From positions 1,088,001 through 1,152,000 of the forward strand of contig CBDBHB010000008.1 in assembly GCA_965205505.1 (NCBI GenBank): 64,000 nucleotides of DNA, given 5' to 3'. The first letter of the stretch is position 1. Each line of letters begins with the position of its first letter. A program made the position numbers and the translations under genes. This document shows positions 50,110 through 60,161 of this stretch, one piece after another. Under the pieces are notes generated by a model. That model did no database searches, was not told the origin of the DNA, and saw only the letters and a program-made list of their open reading frames with translations. This DNA is from Acidobacteriota bacterium (GTDB taxonomy: Bacteria > Acidobacteriota > UBA890 > WLXD01).

Positions 50110-51677
50110 TCCCTGCCGTCGGCGCGTTGATGGCAGCGATTTACGCAGTCCCCGTGACGCCCGTGCGCGTGTGCTCGTTGGCAGCCGAAGATGTCCAGGA
50201 TGGTCAGATAGCGCAGGCTCTCTCGGCTGACGAAGGTGCCGCCCGCGAGCGCTTCATCGCCGCACTCAGGCTGGCCGAGCAGGGCAGCGTCGAGGAGGCA
50301 TTGGAGGCTGCCGCCGAGGGCCTGGTGTTGGACGAGGACAACGCCAACGGGCTCAACCTCGTCGGGCAGCTCTACGAGCAACTGGGCCGCGGGGCGGAGG
50401 CCGAGGACGCCTACTTGAAAGCGTCCAACGCCGACCCCGAGTGGCCAATGCCGTACCGCAACCTGGGGAACCTCTACGTGGCGCGCGGTCAGCCAAACGA
50501 CGCCGTGGTTGCCTTTCAGCGCGCCTGGAAGCTCGATCCGGAGAGCGTCCAGCTGGCTGTCGATCTCGTCGTGGCACAGATCGGTTCTGGCGATCTGGCC
50601 GGCGCGATCGTCACCGCCGAGATCGCCGTTGAACGGGCCCCCGACGATCCTACGTTGCTCGAATTGCTCGCCCGCACCCTTGGCGCCAGTGAGCTGGTGG
50701 ATGACCATCTCCAGCGCGCGCCCGCGGCCTTCCGACGGGCGATCGCGCTCGACCCCGAGCACGCCGACCTGTGGTTGGCTCTGGGTACCACCTACGACCG
50801 GCTGGCGCTGGGCACCCAGGCCGAACAGGCCTATCGACGCGCCATCGACCTCGGTCTCGACAACGCCCAAGTGCGTTATGAGCTCGGTCAGATTCTGTCG
50901 CGTCAGAACCAGTTTGCAGCGGCGCTGGAGGAGTATGAGCGCGCCATCGTCGCGGACGCCGACGGAGATGGCTGGCCGGACCTCGCCGTGTCCAACAATG
51001 CCGACTTCGCGGCCGCCTACTACGCACGCGGCGAGGCGCTCTTCGAGCTCGGCCGCGCCGAGGAGGCTCTGGCCGACTTCGAGCACGCCATGCGGATATC
51101 GCCCGGCGACCCCGATGCGGTGCTGGCGGCAGTGCAGGTCTACATGGTGCGCGGTGACCAAGCGTCTGCAGAGCGATTGCTGAGCGAGATCGCCTCGACA
51201 GCGACCAGCAAGCGTGCCGAGATCTCCCTCGCGGTGGGCCGGCTACGCCTGCGGCAAGGGCGCGACGAGGAGGTCATCGAGGTGCTCACGTCCGTCCTGA
51301 GCACCGCTCCGCAGCTGATCGAGGCGCGTTATCTCACCGGGCAGGCGCTGCTCCGGCTCGGACGCATCGACGCGGGCCGTACGGTGCTTTCCGAGTACCA
51401 GCGCCTGCTGACGGAGGGCCACGCTCGCGGTATCGACCTGCTGCGCAACGAGGTGGTGGGTCGGTGGCAGATCTATGTGCTGCGCGGGCGCGTGTACATC
51501 TACGAAGGGCGGCTCGACCTGGCGCTCGAGCAGATCGAGTCGGCCACGGTGCTGGCGCCCGACAATCCCGATGTCTGGCAAGCGCTCGCCGAGCTGCATG
51601 ATCTGCGGAACGAGGCCGAGGCCGCCGCGGCTGCTCGCCGCCGGGCCGAGTCACTGCGCGGGTCCGGCGTTAGCTGA
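50106..51677 (+). CDS. TPR repeat protein carrying an inserted FG-GAP loop
   Basis: ATGA overlap with the CRTAC1 stop, many TPR units and DADGDGWPDLAVSN insert. Confidence 0.82.
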   Translation: MIPAVGALMAAIYAVPVTPVRVCSLAAEDVQDGQIAQALSADEGAARERFIAALRLAEQGSVEEALEAAAEGLVLDEDNANGLNLVGQLYEQLGRGAEAEDAYLKASNADPEWPMPYRNLGNLYVARGQPNDAVVAFQRAWKLDPESVQLAVDLVVAQIGSGDLAGAIVTAEIAVERAPDDPTLLELLARTLGASELVDDHLQRAPAAFRRAIALDPEHADLWLALGTTYDRLALGTQAEQAYRRAIDLGLDNAQVRYELGQILSRQNQFAAALEEYERAIVADADGDGWPDLAVSNNADFAAAYYARGEALFELGRAEEALADFEHAMRISPGDPDAVLAAVQVYMVRGDQASAERLLSEIASTATSKRAEISLAVGRLRLRQGRDEEVIEVLTSVLSTAPQLIEARYLTGQALLRLGRIDAGRTVLSEYQRLLTEGHARGIDLLRNEVVGRWQIYVLRGRVYIYEGRLDLALEQIESATVLAPDNPDVWQALAELHDLRNEAEAAAAARRRAESLRGSGVS

Positions 51678-51894
51678 TCCTTTGCGATCCCCGGGTTGCA
51701 GTTGAGGTCATCGACGCCGCCCTGGCGTGGGCCCGTGAGGACGACACGAAGGGGTTGTACCCTCGCCTCTACGGCAAGTTCCCCCGCGTATTGGGATACT
51801 AGTGCTCCTGATCATGACCTCGCTGCCGGCGCAGGTTCTGCGGCGGCGAGACAACTTCATAGTGATCACAAGTTGGCTCACCGGAGCGGGTTCC

Positions 51895-53964
51895 ATGGCC
51901 AAATATCACGTTGTCCTAGCAAGGCAAGCTAGCTCCTTCGCCGCAATCATGCTGTTGGCAGGCCTTTCTTACGCCGGCGGGCAGCTCTCCCCGACCGAAA
52001 GCCAGATCCTGAGCGCTCTGGATACCGACAGGACAATCGCCCTCACCCGCCGTCTCTCGGAGGAACTCGTCAAGAACGACTCGGGTGCGGGTGCCGGCTC
52101 GGCCATCGCCGGCAGCGCCGATGAGCGCCTCTTGGCCGGCTTCATCGAAGCGGAGATGAAGCGGCTAGGTTTGGATGTTCGGCGGGAGAGCTTCCCCGTG
52201 CACGCCTATGACTACGGGGAAGTGTCGCTAATCGCCGCTGGGAAAAGGCTCCCTGCGATCACCCTGCACACCGCCGCCGGTACCTCGGGTGCAGCCGAGG
52301 GAGTGCCCTATTCGAAGGGCAACACCGCGGGCGGAGGGACACTGCGGACGAAGCTGGTAGACGCCGAGGATGGGTTTGCCTCGGACTATGCGAAGCTGGA
52401 CGAAGTGCGGGGCAAAGCGGTACTCGTGCGCCGGCCAGGATGGCCCAGCGGCTACGTGGTGATGGAAGCGGCACAGCGGGGAGCCTCCGCCATCCTGTTC
52501 TACGACTATGGCAATTACAGCGGTGACTCGCCGGAAGACGCGTTGCAGCAGATGACCCTCGCGTATCGTGACCCGATCCCTGCAGTGACGATCAGCAACC
52601 GCGATGCCGCATGGCTCAAGGAACGGCTTGCCGAGGGCGAGGTGATGATCGAGCTGGAGAACCGGGTCGATGTCGACTACGGCTTTTCCGAGAACGTCAT
52701 CGGCATGCTACGGGGCAGGGAGTTTCCGGACGAGTGGATCGTGGTCTCGGCACACCACGACCGCTGGTTCCAAGGAGCCCAGGATGACAGCGTTGGTGTG
52801 GCCGTCATGCTGGAGCTGGCCCGCGTGATCTCGGAAGGTTACCGACCGCGGCGCAGCTTCCTGTTCATTGCCTTTGGAAGCGAAGAAGTCGGAGGACTGT
52901 GGACCGAGTACGACTGGCTGGCGGGTTCCCATGCGTTCATCCGGGCGCACCCCGAAGTCACCTCGCGTCTGGCCTACGCCTACAACGTCGATGGCGCCGG
53001 GTGGTCGGGGCGTGAGGGCCGGGTGTATGCCACACTCGATCAGGTTGCCTTGCAGCGCGAATTGCTGGCGGAGCTCGATCTTCAGGATCGGGTGACGGTG
53101 CAACCGGGTGTGGCCCGATGGAACGACGCCTGGTCACTCGGAGGCGTCCGGGGCGGAGCGGTCTCATATCTCTCCTGGGAGGGTGAATACGGTCGTTACT
53201 ACCACACAGAGCACGACGTCTACCGTGCCGACGACTACACAAACCTGATCGACGACCTGCGGCTCGGAGCACTCGGCGTGCTTCGGGTCGATCAGTCGGT
53301 CGTTTTGCCAATTCGTTTCTCGGACGTCGCCGACTGGGTTTCCGGGCAACTCCGGAGCATGGAGGGAATACTCTCCGACGTTGCCGGGGGGTCGGAGCTG
53401 CTCCGCGAGGCTCAGAAGGGAGCCGACATTCTACGTACGCAGGCCGACAAAGCAGAGGCGGCCTATTCGTCGATAGGTGATGCCGCTGATGCAACGTTGC
53501 TGAACGCCTTGCTGATGAACACTCGCCACGACCTCGTTCCTTGGCTACTCAACACAGAAGAGCGCCTGCGAGGAAGCCGCTACGCGGAAGACTTCGCCGC
53601 TCTCCAGAGGGCTCGTCTTGCTGCTGCAGCAGGGGATACGGAGGCAACGGCGAGGGCACTCGAGGAGGTCAACACGATGCAGTGGGGCAAGCGGGTCTCA
53701 ACGGCGACCTACCGCGCAGAAAGACTGCTCTCGTACGAGCCGATCGGTTGGATGCGGGAGTTTGACCAGCACCCGCGTCCGGTCAGTCCGGAACTCCACG
53801 CTATCTACTCGCAGCTCAGGGAGGGCGGCGGTAGTTCACGTCTGGCCTCCAGGATCGCCAGGCTCAAGGCGCAGGCGGAGGGCTCGCTGCGCGAGGCGCT
53901 GTTCATAGTAGGCGGCAAACTCCGGGAAGCCGCAAGCAAGCTTGCCGAGGCACAGCTGCCCTGA
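51895..53964 (+). CDS. Exported M28 family metallopeptidase with PA domain (copy 1)
   Basis: Signal peptide, GKAVLV (PA), SAHHD, GAQDD, GSEE, NVD and YHT. Confidence 0.87.
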   Translation: MAKYHVVLARQASSFAAIMLLAGLSYAGGQLSPTESQILSALDTDRTIALTRRLSEELVKNDSGAGAGSAIAGSADERLLAGFIEAEMKRLGLDVRRESFPVHAYDYGEVSLIAAGKRLPAITLHTAAGTSGAAEGVPYSKGNTAGGGTLRTKLVDAEDGFASDYAKLDEVRGKAVLVRRPGWPSGYVVMEAAQRGASAILFYDYGNYSGDSPEDALQQMTLAYRDPIPAVTISNRDAAWLKERLAEGEVMIELENRVDVDYGFSENVIGMLRGREFPDEWIVVSAHHDRWFQGAQDDSVGVAVMLELARVISEGYRPRRSFLFIAFGSEEVGGLWTEYDWLAGSHAFIRAHPEVTSRLAYAYNVDGAGWSGREGRVYATLDQVALQRELLAELDLQDRVTVQPGVARWNDAWSLGGVRGGAVSYLSWEGEYGRYYHTEHDVYRADDYTNLIDDLRLGALGVLRVDQSVVLPIRFSDVADWVSGQLRSMEGILSDVAGGSELLREAQKGADILRTQADKAEAAYSSIGDAADATLLNALLMNTRHDLVPWLLNTEERLRGSRYAEDFAALQRARLAAAAGDTEATARALEEVNTMQWGKRVSTATYRAERLLSYEPIGWMREFDQHPRPVSPELHAIYSQLREGGGSSRLASRIARLKAQAEGSLREALFIVGGKLREAASKLAEAQLP

Positions 53965-54057
53965 GCACTCATCCCCCAGCTTCAGGCTCTTTCTCCTACA
54001 ACCTGTACGTTCGCAGGCGCCTTCCCGCCATCCGGTCGCCTATCTGCGCGGAGAGAA

Positions 54058-55050
54058 ATGATGACCATCCCGAGAGGCAAGGGCCTGATCGCGCTGCTAC
54101 TCCTGTTCTTGGTCGCGGTGGCCGTGGTTGTGGCCGTGCCGCAGCGTTACATGATCAGGTACCAGGCCTGGGACCCCGCCGAGGCCCCGCCGCTCCTCGA
54201 CCAGGTGGACGAGGGGCCCGGAGTGCGCTGGCACGACGACTACTTCACTGTTCAAGCCCTCGATGCGCGCACCTTCGCCATTGGCGAGCCGCGCTATTAC
54301 CAGCAGAACTACAACTACCTGCTCCTGGGAACCGAGCGCGCCGTGTTGTTCGACGCCGGCCCCGGCGTTCGCGACATCCGACCGGTCGCGCAGGCGCTCA
54401 CCGATCTCCCCTTGACCTTCGTGCCTTCCCATTTCCACGTCGACCACGTAGGCAACGAGATCACCTTCGAGCACGTGGCGGTGATCGATCTTCCCTACTT
54501 GCGTGCTCGCGCGCCCGACAACCGTCTGCAGCTCACGGACCGCGAGCACGTGGGATTCCACGAGGGCATTGCCCCGCCCACTCTCGAGGTCGACGAGTGG
54601 ATCTCGGCCGGAGGCACCATGCAGCTGGGCGACCGCGCGCTGCGAGTCCTCTACACGCCCGGCCACACGGAAGACTCGATCTCGCTTCTCGACGTGGGTT
54701 CCGGCCAGCTGTTCTCAGGCGATTTCATTTATCCCGGACCGCTGTACGCGTATATGCCGAACAGCGGCATGGGCGACTACGTGCAGGCCGCTGACACGGT
54801 GCTGAGCTCCGCTCCGGCAGGCGTCCGCATCTTCGGCGCGCACCGGGGCGGGCAGCCCGGAGCGCCACGGCTGACCCTGGCCGATGTGCAGGAACTCAGA
54901 GCCGCGCTGGACGCGATACGAAGCGGAGAACTCTCGGGCGAGGGGTTCTACCCGGTCCGGTACCGGATCAACTCGCGGCTGCGCCTACTCGCGGACCCCT
55001 GGTGGTTGCAGAACTGGACGCCACGCCGCCCGTCGTTGGCAGGTCGCTGA
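54058..55050 (+). CDS. Membrane-anchored MBL-fold metallo-hydrolase
   Basis: N-terminal hydrophobic helix, SHFHVDH, TPGHT, FSGD and GAH. Confidence 0.87.
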   Translation: MMTIPRGKGLIALLLLFLVAVAVVVAVPQRYMIRYQAWDPAEAPPLLDQVDEGPGVRWHDDYFTVQALDARTFAIGEPRYYQQNYNYLLLGTERAVLFDAGPGVRDIRPVAQALTDLPLTFVPSHFHVDHVGNEITFEHVAVIDLPYLRARAPDNRLQLTDREHVGFHEGIAPPTLEVDEWISAGGTMQLGDRALRVLYTPGHTEDSISLLDVGSGQLFSGDFIYPGPLYAYMPNSGMGDYVQAADTVLSSAPAGVRIFGAHRGGQPGAPRLTLADVQELRAALDAIRSGELSGEGFYPVRYRINSRLRLLADPWWLQNWTPRRPSLAGR

Positions 55051-55118
55051 TGCCGCGGATCAGCGCCGGCATCCTGCTCTACCGGCGCGGCCAAGTAAGC
55101 CTGGAGGTTCTCATAGTG
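55050..55118 (+). pseudogene. N-terminal stub of a NUDIX hydrolase (COG4119-like)
   Basis: MPRISAGILLYRRGQVSLEVLIV with TGATG coupling to the MBL stop. It breaks where HPGGP is expected. Confidence 0.65.
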
Positions 55119-55148
55119 ATCGCAAGATGGCTCACCGGAGCGGGTTCC

Positions 55149-57221
55149 ATGGTCAAGTATCACGTTGTCCTGACAAGGCAAGCTAGCTTCTTTGCCGCCA
55201 TCATGCTGTTGGCAGGCCTTTCTCAGGCCGGCGCGCAGCTCTCCTCGACCGAAAGCCAGATCCTGAGCGCTCTGGATAGCGACAGGACCATCGCCCTCAC
55301 CCGCCGTCTCTCGGAGGAGCTCGTCAAGAACGACTCGGGTGCGGGTGCCGGCTCGGCCATCGCCGGCAGCGCCGATGAGCGCCTCTTGGCCGGCTTCATC
55401 GAGGCGGAGATGACGCGGATGGGTCTGGAGGTGCGGCGCGAGAGCTTTCCCGTGCACGCCTACGACTACGGCAAAGTACTGCTGCGGGCATCGGGCAGAC
55501 AGCTGGCAGCGATCACCCAGCACTCCGGCGGCGGGACCTGGGGCACTGCCGAGCGCGTGCCGTATACGAAGGGCAACACGTCGGGTGGACAGCGGTTGCA
55601 AGCGGCCTTGCTCGATGCCGGAGAAGGCTGGGTCCATGACTACGCTGATCTGAGCGAGGTGCGCGGCAAGGCCGTGCTGGTGCGCCGTGGAGCGGATTGG
55701 CTCAACAGCCAGGTCGTGATGGAGGCGGCAGAGCAGGGAGCGTCCGCGATCTTGCTCTACGACTACGACAGCGGTGCCGAGGCTCCCCAGGACTCGATCC
55801 AGCAGATGAGCATCGTCTACCGCGACCCGATCCCGACCGTGACGATCAGCAACCGCGATGCCGCATGGCTCAAGGAGCGCCTTGCCGACGGCGAGGTGAC
55901 GATCGAGCTGGAGAACCGGGTCGATGTCGACTACGGCTTCTCGGAGAACGTCATCGGCATGATCCGGGGCACGGAGTATCCGGACGAGTGGATCGTGGTC
56001 TCGGCCCACCACGACCGCTGGTTCCAAGGAGCCCAAGATGACAGCGTCGGAGTGGCCGTCGTGCTGGAACTGGCCCGCGTCATCTCGGAGGGTTACCGGC
56101 CGCGGCGCAGCTTCTTGTTCATTACCTTTGGCAGCGAGGAAGTCGGGGGGCTGTGGACCCAGTTCGACTGGCTGGCGGGCTCCCACGCGTTCATCCGGGC
56201 GCACCCCGAGATCACGTCGCGACTGGCCTATGCCTTCAACGTCGACCTCGCTGGATGGAGGGGGCGCGAGGGCCAGGTGCGTGCCACCCTCGACCAGGTT
56301 GCCTTCCAACGTGAATTGCTGGCCGACCTCGGCCTCGACGAGCGGGTAACGGTGCGTGAGCACGTCAGCACCGGCGTCGATGCCTGGTCTTTGGGAGGGG
56401 TTCGGGGCGGAGCGGTGGCAACCCTGAGCTGGACGGGTGACGTCCCCTACAGCCGCTACTACCACACGCAGCACGATGTCTATCGAGCCGAGGACTACGC
56501 CAACCTGGAGCACGACCTGCGACACGGGGCACTCGGCGTGCTGCGGATGGACCAGGCTGTCGTCCTGCCCGTCGGCTTCTCGGAGATCGCCGACTGGGTC
56601 ACCGAACAGCTCGACAGGATCGAGCAGACGGTCTCCTCGCTCTCGACACCGACGGACCTGCTTCGCGACGCCAGACAGGCGGCAGAGCGCCTTCGCGCGC
56701 AGGCTGAAAGGCTGGCAGCGACCTCAGCGTCCGTGGAGGATGGCAATCACGCAGCGGTCGTCAACGCGCTCTTGATGAGGACCCGACACGATCTCGTTCC
56801 CTGGCTTCTGAGCACAGAAGGACGCCTGAGAGGAAGCCGTTACGCGGAAGATTTCGCTGCACTCCAGAGAGCCCGTCTCGCTGCCACGGATGAAGATACG
56901 GAGGCTGCGGCGAGCGCGCTCGAGGATGTCAACACGATGCTGTGGGGCAAGCGGGTCTCGCCCGAGACCTACCGTGCTGAGAGGCTGCTGTCCTACGAGC
57001 CGACCGGTTGGATGTGGGAGTTCGACCAGCACCCACGTCCGGTCGGTCCGGAGCTGCACACCATCTACTCGCAGCTCGGGGCGGGACGCGGCGCCGCTTC
57101 GGTCGCCGGGATCGGCAGGCTCGAGGCGCAGGCGGAGGGCTCGCTGCGTGAGGCATTGTTCATCGTCAACGGTAAGCTCCGGGAAGCTGCGAGGGCCCTT
57201 GCCGATGGTCCTCCACCGTGA
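55149..57221 (+). CDS. Exported M28 family metallopeptidase with PA domain (copy 2)
   Basis: Colinear paralogue of 51895..53964 with the same metal-ligand motifs. Confidence 0.87.
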   Translation: MVKYHVVLTRQASFFAAIMLLAGLSQAGAQLSSTESQILSALDSDRTIALTRRLSEELVKNDSGAGAGSAIAGSADERLLAGFIEAEMTRMGLEVRRESFPVHAYDYGKVLLRASGRQLAAITQHSGGGTWGTAERVPYTKGNTSGGQRLQAALLDAGEGWVHDYADLSEVRGKAVLVRRGADWLNSQVVMEAAEQGASAILLYDYDSGAEAPQDSIQQMSIVYRDPIPTVTISNRDAAWLKERLADGEVTIELENRVDVDYGFSENVIGMIRGTEYPDEWIVVSAHHDRWFQGAQDDSVGVAVVLELARVISEGYRPRRSFLFITFGSEEVGGLWTQFDWLAGSHAFIRAHPEITSRLAYAFNVDLAGWRGREGQVRATLDQVAFQRELLADLGLDERVTVREHVSTGVDAWSLGGVRGGAVATLSWTGDVPYSRYYHTQHDVYRAEDYANLEHDLRHGALGVLRMDQAVVLPVGFSEIADWVTEQLDRIEQTVSSLSTPTDLLRDARQAAERLRAQAERLAATSASVEDGNHAAVVNALLMRTRHDLVPWLLSTEGRLRGSRYAEDFAALQRARLAATDEDTEAAASALEDVNTMLWGKRVSPETYRAERLLSYEPTGWMWEFDQHPRPVGPELHTIYSQLGAGRGAASVAGIGRLEAQAEGSLREALFIVNGKLREAARALADGPPP

Positions 57222-57385
57222 GTACCGGCCCCTCTAATCGGAAGAGTCGGTTAGCTCCCTACTGTTAAACCGCGTCCGGTCGTGATACGCTTAAGCTAGA
57301 CTTCCGACGGCAACGAAGCCCGAATTCGGAGTACGTGGTCGGAAGCTCCTGGCACGCTCCGTTTCCCGCCGATCGAGGAGAGCCC

Positions 57386-58768
57386 ATGAGCCCCAGGAAA
57401 GGCGAGGGCAAGAAAGACGGCATGAGCCGCCGCGACTTCGCCAAGACCTCCGCTGCCGTGGGTGCCGCTGCAGTCACGCTCCCGAAAGAGCTACGTGCCG
57501 CGACGGCCTTGGGGAAAAGACGCCAGAGCTCTCCGAACGGCTGGACAGCGGGCACGACAATTCCGGCGGAATACTACGTCGACGAGCGGCAATACGTCGC
57601 GGATGAGCGTTCGCTCGCCGAGAGCCTCTGGCTCTACGTCGACCACGAAAGCCGCATCCGCGAGCCGGGCGACTACTTCGTTTTCGAGTACGGGCGCGCC
57701 GAGAGCGTCATCGTGCTACGTGACACGGCGGGAGAGGTCAGGGCGTTCTACAACGTCTGCCGGCATCGAGGATCACGTCTGTGCCGGCACGACGGCGATC
57801 CGATTCCGGGCGATCCTCGCCTGTCCGTCCGCCAACTCGGCGAGAGCGGCAGCACACCGGTGTTTCGCTGCCCGTACCACGCCTGGACCTATGACATCGA
57901 CGGCAACCTGATCTATGCCTACGGCATGCAGGACGACTTCGACCCGGTGGACAACGGCCTGGTCCCGTGTCACGTGCGAACGGCGGAGGGCAGCATCTTC
58001 GTCAGCCTGTCGCGGCAGAACGAGCCACCGGACTTCGAGTCCGCTGTCTCACAGCTACGGATCATGGGGCATTACTACGGACATGCAGGCCTGAAGATCG
58101 CCGCGCGGGAGAGCCACCCGATCCATGCCAACTGGAAGCTGGTGCTGGAGAACTTCTCGGAGTGCTATCACTGCGGGCCAACCCACAAGGGATTGACCAC
58201 GACCCACAACTACGACTACGACGCCACGCCCGAGCAGCTGGCGGCGCGCAACGCTGCGGTAGCCGAATGGCTGACACCGGCGGGCAGGATACGGCCCGAG
58301 GCCCCCGAGGGGGGGCCGCGGTTGACCGGCAACCTCAACCCCGGCTTCGTCACGGGCTCTCCCGACGGCAAGTCGGTGGCACCGCTGCTTCCCAACATCG
58401 AGCAGCCGACTCACGGCACCAACGAGGCCTACACGGGCCACTACACCGGCTACTGGCAATCCTACGACGACTATGTTGTCGCGATCCGGTTCACGCCTCG
58501 AGATGTCGAGCTCACCGAAGCTGAGATCATCTGGTTGGTGCACCCGGACGCCGTGGAGGGGAGAGACTACGATCTGGCGACCCTCAAGGCCTTCTGGCAG
58601 GTCATCCTGCAGGAAGACATCTGGGTCATCGGCAACAACCACAGGGGCATTCTCTCGGGCGCCTATCGTTCAGGCCCGTACTCTACCCACGAAAACACCA
58701 CGGCCGAGTTCATCAAGTGGTACATGGCGGAGGTCGTAACGACCGGAGAGCGTCCAGACCCGGCATAG
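57386..58768 (+). CDS. Rieske non-haem iron oxygenase alpha subunit (GbcA/choline monooxygenase-like) with Tat leader, copy 1
   Basis: GAGGAG RBS, SRRDFAK leader, CRH...CPYH, NWKLVLENFSECYHCGPTH and QEDIW. Confidence 0.9.
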   Translation: MSPRKGEGKKDGMSRRDFAKTSAAVGAAAVTLPKELRAATALGKRRQSSPNGWTAGTTIPAEYYVDERQYVADERSLAESLWLYVDHESRIREPGDYFVFEYGRAESVIVLRDTAGEVRAFYNVCRHRGSRLCRHDGDPIPGDPRLSVRQLGESGSTPVFRCPYHAWTYDIDGNLIYAYGMQDDFDPVDNGLVPCHVRTAEGSIFVSLSRQNEPPDFESAVSQLRIMGHYYGHAGLKIAARESHPIHANWKLVLENFSECYHCGPTHKGLTTTHNYDYDATPEQLAARNAAVAEWLTPAGRIRPEAPEGGPRLTGNLNPGFVTGSPDGKSVAPLLPNIEQPTHGTNEAYTGHYTGYWQSYDDYVVAIRFTPRDVELTEAEIIWLVHPDAVEGRDYDLATLKAFWQVILQEDIWVIGNNHRGILSGAYRSGPYSTHENTTAEFIKWYMAEVVTTGERPDPA

Positions 58769-58817
58769 GTTGCCAGCTCCTACAGAGTTCACCGGCCGAA
58801 AGAGCTTGGAGGGCGGG

Positions 58818-60143
58818 ATGAGCAAGAACGAGGAAGCCACCACGTCGACCCGGCGTGACCTGGCGCGCAGCGCCGTTATCGGGTACACGGCCGCCGCCCT
58901 CGGGCTACCGAGGAACCTGCTTGCCCGGGCGATTCCGGATACGGGCCAGATGGGCGACGGGGAATCCGGCCCTGCGGGGTGGGTCCGAGACACAATTGGA
59001 GCCGAGTACTACACGGACGAAGCGCGCTACCTGGTCGATGAGCGCCTGGTGGCCGACCATTTCTGGCAAATGGTCGACCACGAGAGCAGGATCCCCAATG
59101 CGGGCGACTTCTTCGTGTTCGAGTACGGTCGCAGCGAGAGCATTCTGATCGTTCGCGGGCGGGACAACGAAGTGCGCGGCTTTTACAACGTGTGCCGCCA
59201 CCGCGGCTCGCGCCTGTGCCGTCACGATGCGGATCCGATCCCTGAGGATCCACGCCTGTCGGTCAAGCAGCTCGGACAGTCCGGTAGCTCACCGGTGTTC
59301 CGCTGCCCGTACCACGCCTGGACGTACGACACCGAAGGCAGCCTGATCTATGCCTATGGCATGCAGGAAGACTTCGACCCGGCGGACAACGGCCTCATCC
59401 CCTGCCACCTCCGCACGGCAGACGGCTTCATCTTCGTGAACCTGTCGCGAGAGCCGGAGCCGCCGGAGTTCGAGTCAGCGATCGAGCCCTTCCGCCGCAA
59501 GGTGGGTCAATCACACGGCACCGCAGACTTGAAGGTCGGCGAGCGCGTCTACGTCGCGATGCGCGCCAACTGGAAGCTGGCGCTGGAGAACTTCCTGGAG
59601 TGCTACCACTGCGGGCCGTCGCACGACTACCTGTGCTACGTGTTCCCGAACATCGACCTCTCGATCCCGGAATCTCAAAGGCCTGCGCGAGGGATGCCTG
59701 CGGGCTTCGTCAGCGCCACCCTCGACGGCAAGCCGGCGGCACCGTTGCTGCCCGCCTTCGAGAGCAGAACCGGCAGGAAGGTGGGAAGCGACGCGGCAAC
59801 AGGGTGGTCGACCGGGTACTGGTCTCCCAACGAAGACTACGTCTTCGCAGTTCGATTCACCCCCCGTGATGTTGACCTCACCGACGTGGAGTGCACCTGG
59901 CTCGTGCACCCGGATGCGAAGCGAGGAGTGGATTACGACCCGGAGAGGCTGAAGGAGATCTGGTTCGTCACGCTCCTGGAGGACATCTGGTTGTGCGAGA
60001 ACAACCACATTGGCATACGCTCGGGCGCCTACCGGCCCGGGCGCTACGCCACCCATGAGATTGGCCGGATATTGCCGGCTAATTTCATGCACTGGTACGT
60101 GAACGCCGTGGCGGGCAACGTCGGGCGGGTGATGGCGTACTGA
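58818..60143 (+). CDS. Rieske oxygenase alpha subunit with Tat-like leader, copy 2
   Basis: GGAGG RBS, TRRDLAR leader, CRH...CPYH, ENFLECYHCGPSH and LEDIWLCE. Confidence 0.9.
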   Translation: MSKNEEATTSTRRDLARSAVIGYTAAALGLPRNLLARAIPDTGQMGDGESGPAGWVRDTIGAEYYTDEARYLVDERLVADHFWQMVDHESRIPNAGDFFVFEYGRSESILIVRGRDNEVRGFYNVCRHRGSRLCRHDADPIPEDPRLSVKQLGQSGSSPVFRCPYHAWTYDTEGSLIYAYGMQEDFDPADNGLIPCHLRTADGFIFVNLSREPEPPEFESAIEPFRRKVGQSHGTADLKVGERVYVAMRANWKLALENFLECYHCGPSHDYLCYVFPNIDLSIPESQRPARGMPAGFVSATLDGKPAAPLLPAFESRTGRKVGSDAATGWSTGYWSPNEDYVFAVRFTPRDVDLTDVECTWLVHPDAKRGVDYDPERLKEIWFVTLLEDIWLCENNHIGIRSGAYRPGRYATHEIGRILPANFMHWYVNAVAGNVGRVMAY

Positions 60144-60161
60144 CGAGCTTGGAGGATGGGG

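Noticed and set aside
54948-56525. 525 aa minus-strand ORF
   Set aside because: Antisense shadow of the second M28 peptidase.
57301-57345. CTTCCGAC...GTCGGAAG inverted repeat before the Rieske cluster
   Set aside because: An 8 bp stem in GC-rich DNA matching no riboswitch I recognise, too weak to call.
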